From positions 14,806 to 78,805 of IMG/VR virus record IMGVR_UViG_3300035698_008781: 64,000 nucleotides of DNA. One strand, written 5' to 3'. Source of the DNA: a virus. Below are positions 59,201-64,000 of this stretch, one piece after another (position 1 is the first letter of the stretch; every line of letters starts with the position of its first letter). Under the pieces are notes generated by a model that was not told the DNA's origin, did not search any database, and saw nothing but the letters and a program-made list of their open reading frames with translations. The position numbers were made by a program, and so were the translations under genes.

Positions 59201-61269
59201 TGTTGTGCAACTTTATCCCAAACTAAATCTTTTTCAGATACTGTATTTTCTAATTGTGAAGTTAAAGTTTTTTGTTGTTTTAATAATTTTTGATATCTAA
59301 TATCATTATTTATTTTAGCATAAGATTTATCTATCTTATCTAAATCACCATCTTCAGGTAATGCTACTTTATTTTTAAATTTTTCAATTTGTTCATTAAC
59401 TTTATTCAATCTATCTGATAATTCTAATTCTTGTATAGTTTTAAAATTATAAGTTTGTTTAAGTAAGTCATGAAATGCAGCTATATCAGGTTTTAATGCA
59501 GTTTCATTTTTTAAATTTAAAATATCTTTACCAAAATCTAAGAATTCATTATTAGCATCTTGTACTAATTCTGCTTTTTTAATTATAGTATCTTTTTGTT
59601 CTTGAGAAATTTCTTTATTTTCATTTAAAAATTCTTTCAACATATCAACACCTAATTCATTATTAGATATAAAAGGCATTATTAAGTTATTTTCAGCTTG
59701 TAACTGTAATGCAGCTAAAGCATCTTTATCATTCATAGATTGAGCTAAATCAAATATTTTACTAAATGTTTCAGCATTATATGATTTAGAAATAACAGCA
59801 TCTCTTTTTACAGGATCTATTATTTTTTTACCATCCATACCTATTTCAAACTCAAAGTCTCCTGTTTCTGGATTAATTTCTTCAGATCTTTTATATATGT
59901 CTGGATCAATTGTTGTAGCTAAATAAATATCATTAACATGTCTTCCTACTTCTAATAATCTATTAGTTTCTACTACATTCTTAGTATCTTGACGATAACC
60001 TTGAAAAGCTTGCATACCACCACCTAAAAGACCTCCTAAAGCAATAGCTTTCTGTCCTTCAGTAGTAGTTAACATATTTAAATATTCAGTTTGAAATTCA
60101 CCAACATTAATGTTATCTAAGTAATTACTTGTAAGATTGCCTTTAGATGCGTTATCTTTAAAATAATTTTCAGTAGTCATCTGTAAACCTTCTTCAAAGA
60201 AACCTTCTCTACCTAAAGCTTTACCAAACTCTTTACCTACATTACCAACACGTTGTAAACCTGATAAGTTTACTTCATCAACTATACCACCTGTTTTATT
60301 TCTAACGTTCATTAATTTAGAAGCTTTAGCACCACCATATAATAATTTAGTATTGATAGCATTAGGTCCAGCTAATATAGCAACGTTTGTTAAAAAGATA
60401 TCTCTACCTAAAATTCCTTTTTGTTGTATTAGATCATCAAAAGCAGCTTGATCTATTTGTCCTGTATTTAATTTATTCGTTAAATCTTTTTCAAATGTAT
60501 CCATTGCATTACCTGCTTCAGCACCTGCTTCAAAGATAGTATTAGCAGCTGTAATAGCTACTTCATCTATTAATTGAGGTGTAATACCTAAAGCTTTTTG
60601 ACCCTTAGATAATTTAGTTGACATTGATGCAAATTTAGTAATATTACTTCCTATATTAAAAGATTTAATAAGTGCACCTGGTACAAACATAGATGCTATA
60701 AATCCTATACCATCAGCTCCTTCAGTTGCCCAAAAATCTATTGAACTTAAATTGTCCCATAAGTTACCTTCTTGCACAGCTTTCTTAACATATACTGGCA
60801 TAAATTCATCATTAATATGTTCGTTTAATTCAGCAACTGATTTAATCCAACTATTATTAACAAAAGTATCCCAACCTTCACCTTCTTTAGCAAATGGAGC
60901 AGCTACTGCACCACCAATTATACCAGGCATTTTAGCAACTTCCATACCAGCTTTAAGTAAAGCTCTACCAAAAAGTGCAGGTGCTTTATAACCCCAACCT
61001 TGACGTTGTGCTTTAAGCTCATTTACTCCACCATTCATTACATTAGTTTGCTCATTTTCATTACCATTAAGAAACATAGAGTCATCATAACTGACAACTC
61101 TATTTTTAGCTTCTCCTGTAAAATCATGTGCTCCTCTACGAGATCTACCTGCATTTGCAATTAAGTATCCAAATGTAGATTCTTCTTTAGGTTCTTCTTT
61201 AGGTTCTTCATCAGTATTTAATCTTTTTTTATTAATACTTTTGAATACATTTTGTCTTTGATTTAACAT
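56296..61269 (-). CDS. large virion/ejection protein
   Basis: 1657 aa; Gly/Ala-rich hydrophobic N-terminal region (EAGAEAG, EEGLQ, LGGLLGGG) and a long coiled coil. Confidence 0.7.
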   Translation of the reverse strand: MLNQRQNVFKSINKKRLNTDEEPKEEPKEESTFGYLIANAGRSRRGAHDFTGEAKNRVVSYDDSMFLNGNENEQTNVMNGGVNELKAQRQGWGYKAPALFGRALLKAGMEVAKMPGIIGGAVAAPFAKEGEGWDTFVNNSWIKSVAELNEHINDEFMPVYVKKAVQEGNLWDNLSSIDFWATEGADGIGFIASMFVPGALIKSFNIGSNITKFASMSTKLSKGQKALGITPQLIDEVAITAANTIFEAGAEAGNAMDTFEKDLTNKLNTGQIDQAAFDDLIQQKGILGRDIFLTNVAILAGPNAINTKLLYGGAKASKLMNVRNKTGGIVDEVNLSGLQRVGNVGKEFGKALGREGFFEEGLQMTTENYFKDNASKGNLTSNYLDNINVGEFQTEYLNMLTTTEGQKAIALGGLLGGGMQAFQGYRQDTKNVVETNRLLEVGRHVNDIYLATTIDPDIYKRSEEINPETGDFEFEIGMDGKKIIDPVKRDAVISKSYNAETFSKIFDLAQSMNDKDALAALQLQAENNLIMPFISNNELGVDMLKEFLNENKEISQEQKDTIIKKAELVQDANNEFLDFGKDILNLKNETALKPDIAAFHDLLKQTYNFKTIQELELSDRLNKVNEQIEKFKNKVALPEDGDLDKIDKSYAKINNDIRYQKLLKQQKTLTSQLENTVSEKDLVWDKVAQQKAFDQYIDDVNKKREKESEENVEKVEEVINNVEKAETVEDVDVALKGKKEGIIPEEGLSEEQIKQNKIDAENAIIRSRNEDVIKNKITSVENEGTKVGNDIQVINDTLDYLNKLLEATNSRINNTISENESQNEPKNGQLKIDFIKSNIKEEFKILQDITNRIKELKRQVEQLEQIQADLKKQSAYYKSLIKDKNFKTLSIQELDYKVMKIEMKMSTIRRLIKLLTDSIKKSFHYINEYVKLVTKSINSLEKFSKETEFKKLSPDELIELINSTDSLDKIKLEFYPLLKEQLESFEKDINDNLDNIELVEEVRAVEEKRLADLNDKLDRYQGQIRYIQDLFSDLKDKHEIAEAEKTAKAIDMIDAETAEVIKKRAEDKKAEIVTKQESVISSQNAKIVQEAVEEVNEKMEAVRNLENFILNDIIYDFAEFFGEFFITTSDNSLNKTFDSLDAMIKYVEDNILKVKKPDTNINTTVEFESTEEVISNQDEANNVVSDKDDKLGRSESKPSIRTLGVYRDGNRPSYVPEAFYNWLISFKNKSKTKITFSIPQNVSAKSKQALDMFNNGNFTNKDFLVRNLPLQFNVNEFTYSFIPTLIDVDENHPEYISRENLIEEIIKNGSYDGVYSFIQYQKGGQINYAPTTKELDKDGNEVIKLLESNISEFEQFNGDVSKIPLFFVMDEAGTVVNENNELSDEFNSTLTDKQKGYVYTQLTSYNNSVAPIKLNIRKLNVEQAELIYKVYKSIFDYNQNNDFKINQKSATLEILYKHDPSLKAEIEKSLAKELALFNNKNNIMIGDLMTLLIHDNLALDGSTKPYTTQFRGASISFGEDAYVNFAKEVPEYKQSLIDFLTQQKRQNVKLKFLAGENKNINKKAYKEYLVNEKVLSVNIDTKVPFKGDINVYLSTKDMGTEKKNNNKKVLENKQDNALNSQNNPLSLQPTKKPGLKFNLANNKPKPGGLQNNPNKKC

Positions 61270-61281
61270 ATATATATTTTT

Positions 61282-63552
61282 TTATTCAAAACTTCTTAAA
61301 GCATTTTCTTTAGATGAAAAGCCAATAGGATCATTTTTAATTTTTTCAAAATGCTTTATTAACAATTTATCTCTAGTTTTAGCATCAAATTCATCAAAAT
61401 TTTTATCTGTAATTTTATACTCATTCTTTAATATGAATGAATCATATATATCATCTAATAATCCAGGAGGAATTTTATTCACATCATCTAAACCATTTGG
61501 TAATAAATCTTTCCATGTTAATTTATGATTACTACCTTCAATGATTTTTTCTTTATTTTTACTTGCTACAAAGTATTGGTATTTATTAGTAGCAGTATCA
61601 TAATGTAAACTTACACCATCATATTTTTTAAAATAAGGTACTGAGTTTTTAATTTTCTCACTATGTCTATAATCATCTGAATTAACAGATGGTCTAATTT
61701 CTTTAAATCTACTTATAGCTCTCATATCATTAGCCGCTTCTTTACCTTGATAACCACCATTTTCTTCAAGAAGTTTTAAATATAGATTACCTATTGCACT
61801 AACTTTACCTTCTTGTAAATCTGTAAGAGCAACTCTCATTGTAACCATTCCTTCACCACCTGGTATATCATCAAACCATTTATTATCTAAACCTTCTTTA
61901 GGTATAAATGTAAATTCAATCATAGGTTCACTATTTTCATTTTGAATTATATGTCTACTTATTTCAGCACTATCTAAATTATTCATTAAAGATGCCATTA
62001 TATGTTGAGAAGCGTCACTATCATTACGAGTATTATACTTTTTAAAATTTATAAATACACTATCCATTATATAATCATTACCTTGTGTCATTGCTTGATT
62101 TAATAAACCTGCTAATTGTTTAGTATGTTGTTTTAAATGACCTTGCGTGTCATTAGTTTTATCTACAACATATGATTGATAAGGCATTCTATAATTTTCA
62201 GTCGCACTTGTTCTTATTTTTTCAATAGATTGTGAATGATATAAAATACTCTCTCTATTTTCTGAAAAGTATTTAAGCTGTGCAGCAGAAGCCTTACCAA
62301 AAGGTACTCCAGTAAGTGCACTAACTTCTAAAATATCATATTTATTAAGATTAAGAAAATCATCTGTAGGAGCACCTGCTTTTGATTTTAATGCATCTTT
62401 ATGTTTAGCAAATGTTTTATTTAAAGTATTATATTCATTGTTTAATAAATTACGATCTTTATCATAAGTTAGATAATCATCTATTTCAGCTAATTGTAAT
62501 TCTAAAGTCATAGCTTTAGATATATTCTTACCATAATTAGGATCAGAAGGCTCTGTACTATATAAATCATTAACTAATTTTTTATTTTCTGAATAACTTC
62601 TAGTATTTAATTCTAACACTGACTCTTCTAATTCATCTTTATATAATTTTAAACCTGATTTTTCTTCGTTACCTTTACCACCTGTGTTTGGTGATGAAAA
62701 ATTATTAATTTGCTTGGTATTTCTAGCTTCTATTTGATCGGTTCTATAAACACCAAACATAGCATCATATTGTGCCATAACTTCATCAGGTTTCATCCCT
62801 TCATACGAAAATGATTTATTTAAATTAGAATTAGGATTATAAACATCATTATTTAAAAAGTTTATTACTGATTGAATTTGATATCTATTACTTGCTAAAC
62901 CTCTTGTTTCATTTACAGTTTCAACCCATGAACCAAGTGCTGGATCAAATTTAAGGTTTGATGTTATAGTTTCATACAGTTCTTTATCTATATTAGCTTG
63001 TTTAAACCATTCTTTACCATGTTCTTGTACATTAATATAATTAGGTGGTAATTCATCTACTTTAAAATCTATAATTTTACCATTTTCATCAAATTTAGCT
63101 TGTTGAGCATAATTATTTTCAAATTTAGTTAAATGTGATTTAACAGTTTCAGGAGAATAACCTAATGCTGTAGCATTTTTTAAGTATTCAGCAGTACCTG
63201 TGTCCTTAGCTATTTTATTTTGATTAATTTGACCTGCTAAACCCATTGGTGATATTAAGTCTTTATACTCTTTTTGTAAAGCCATAAATTTAGATTTATT
63301 ACCCCCTACATCACCTGTTCTAGCTAATTCATTAGAAAGAGTAGCTAACTTATTATCCATAGTTTGTTGAAGTTCATAAGCATCCTTATAAAATTTATTA
63401 TCAGGATTAAGTTGTAATAAACTACTTGCGTCTAAACTACTTTGTAGTAGGTCATCTTTTTGTTTTTGCTTATATAAAGGTACAGCCATTATTTCATCAA
63501 GAGATAATGGATTAAATTCTGAACCTGAAAGTTGTGTATATCTATTTGCCAT
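61282..63552 (-). CDS. putative virion protein
   Basis: 756 aa, in the ejection-protein block. Confidence 0.65.
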   Translation of the reverse strand: MANRYTQLSGSEFNPLSLDEIMAVPLYKQKQKDDLLQSSLDASSLLQLNPDNKFYKDAYELQQTMDNKLATLSNELARTGDVGGNKSKFMALQKEYKDLISPMGLAGQINQNKIAKDTGTAEYLKNATALGYSPETVKSHLTKFENNYAQQAKFDENGKIIDFKVDELPPNYINVQEHGKEWFKQANIDKELYETITSNLKFDPALGSWVETVNETRGLASNRYQIQSVINFLNNDVYNPNSNLNKSFSYEGMKPDEVMAQYDAMFGVYRTDQIEARNTKQINNFSSPNTGGKGNEEKSGLKLYKDELEESVLELNTRSYSENKKLVNDLYSTEPSDPNYGKNISKAMTLELQLAEIDDYLTYDKDRNLLNNEYNTLNKTFAKHKDALKSKAGAPTDDFLNLNKYDILEVSALTGVPFGKASAAQLKYFSENRESILYHSQSIEKIRTSATENYRMPYQSYVVDKTNDTQGHLKQHTKQLAGLLNQAMTQGNDYIMDSVFINFKKYNTRNDSDASQHIMASLMNNLDSAEISRHIIQNENSEPMIEFTFIPKEGLDNKWFDDIPGGEGMVTMRVALTDLQEGKVSAIGNLYLKLLEENGGYQGKEAANDMRAISRFKEIRPSVNSDDYRHSEKIKNSVPYFKKYDGVSLHYDTATNKYQYFVASKNKEKIIEGSNHKLTWKDLLPNGLDDVNKIPPGLLDDIYDSFILKNEYKITDKNFDEFDAKTRDKLLIKHFEKIKNDPIGFSSKENALRSFE

Positions 63553-63553
63553 A

Positions 63554-64000
63554 TTATTTTCTTTTTCGTGTAACGTACATTTTATTAATATGATTTACAA
63601 CATCTTTTGATAAGTAACCACCTTTAGCTTTATTATTTTCAACAGTATTTTTTTCTAATGCATCAGCTTCAGCTTGTGTTTTAATATCACCTGTTTTATT
63701 ATTAACAAAGTATTTACCATTCCAATTATAATCCATACCCATCATTTTAGGATATTTTTTATAAACTTCTTCCTTACCTATATCACCTAATTCCGTTCCT
63801 ATTAGACCTAGTAAAGATGATTTATTATTTTGGAAAACACCTTTATTCATTGCAGTTTTATCTTCGGCAGCAACAGTTCTACCAATATTAGTTTCATCAA
63901 CTGCATTATTAAATTGATCACCCATATTATCTTGCTGTCTATTAACATCTGCTATTTTAGAATAAGCATCTGATAAACCTCTTGTTTTATTTAATTGAGA
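63554..64000 (-). CDS. putative virion protein (start lies beyond window end)
   Basis: The frame stays open upstream of ATG 63925 to position 64000. Confidence 0.7.
   Translation of the reverse strand, partial: SQLNKTRGLSDAYSKIADVNRQQDNMGDQFNNAVDETNIGRTVAAEDKTAMNKGVFQNNKSSLLGLIGTELGDIGKEEVYKKYPKMMGMDYNWNGKYFVNNKTGDIKTQAEADALEKNTVENNKAKGGYLSKDVVNHINKMYVTRKRK

Noticed and set aside
48555-60991. Plus-strand ORFs 48555, 50096, 57092, 57794, 60752
   Set aside because: Antisense shadows of the giant virion genes.
1-64000. Stop-codon reassignment, as in some crAss-like phages
   Set aside because: Long genes are intact in the standard code, and TAA, TAG and TGA all end genes. The few in-frame TAA breaks are confined to accessory ORFs.

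Overview
Very AT-rich segment of a crAss-like (Crassvirales-type) phage, probably infecting a Bacteroidota/Flavobacteriia host, read in the standard genetic code. There are three blocks. (1) 1-3559, minus strand: small genes including GroES-like, HU/IHF-like and PhoH, preceded by Bacteroidetes TTTG-N20-TAnnTTTG promoters. (2) 3746-44630, plus strand: early/replication/metabolism genes, including family B polymerase and DnaB-like helicase (each split by a group I intron with a GIY-YIG endonuclease), SF2 helicase, ThyA, NrdJ, primase, dUTPase, a phiEco32-like amidoligase cluster, VWA/MoxR, a tmRNA and a tRNA. (3) 44684-64000, minus strand: giant virion proteins including the DFDID-motif virion RNA polymerase. 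The best candidate for a new system is a TROVE/Ro60-like (DUF2828-type) VWA gene at 5959-7623. It is followed directly by seven tandem stem-loop RNA units whose stems differ in sequence but keep pairing, with a conserved AACAGCAA motif. One unit holds a circularly permuted tRNA-Glu, another a tRNA-Leu 5' half, and an eighth copy covers the gene's own start codon. Other highlights are an integrase-less attC-like cassette array (21435-22365), a start-less Tad1-like anti-defence ORF, a 41-aa tmRNA tag, an orphan ~350-nt structured RNA and a dispersed small-protein motif family. All family assignments come from motif recognition by eye; no searches were run.
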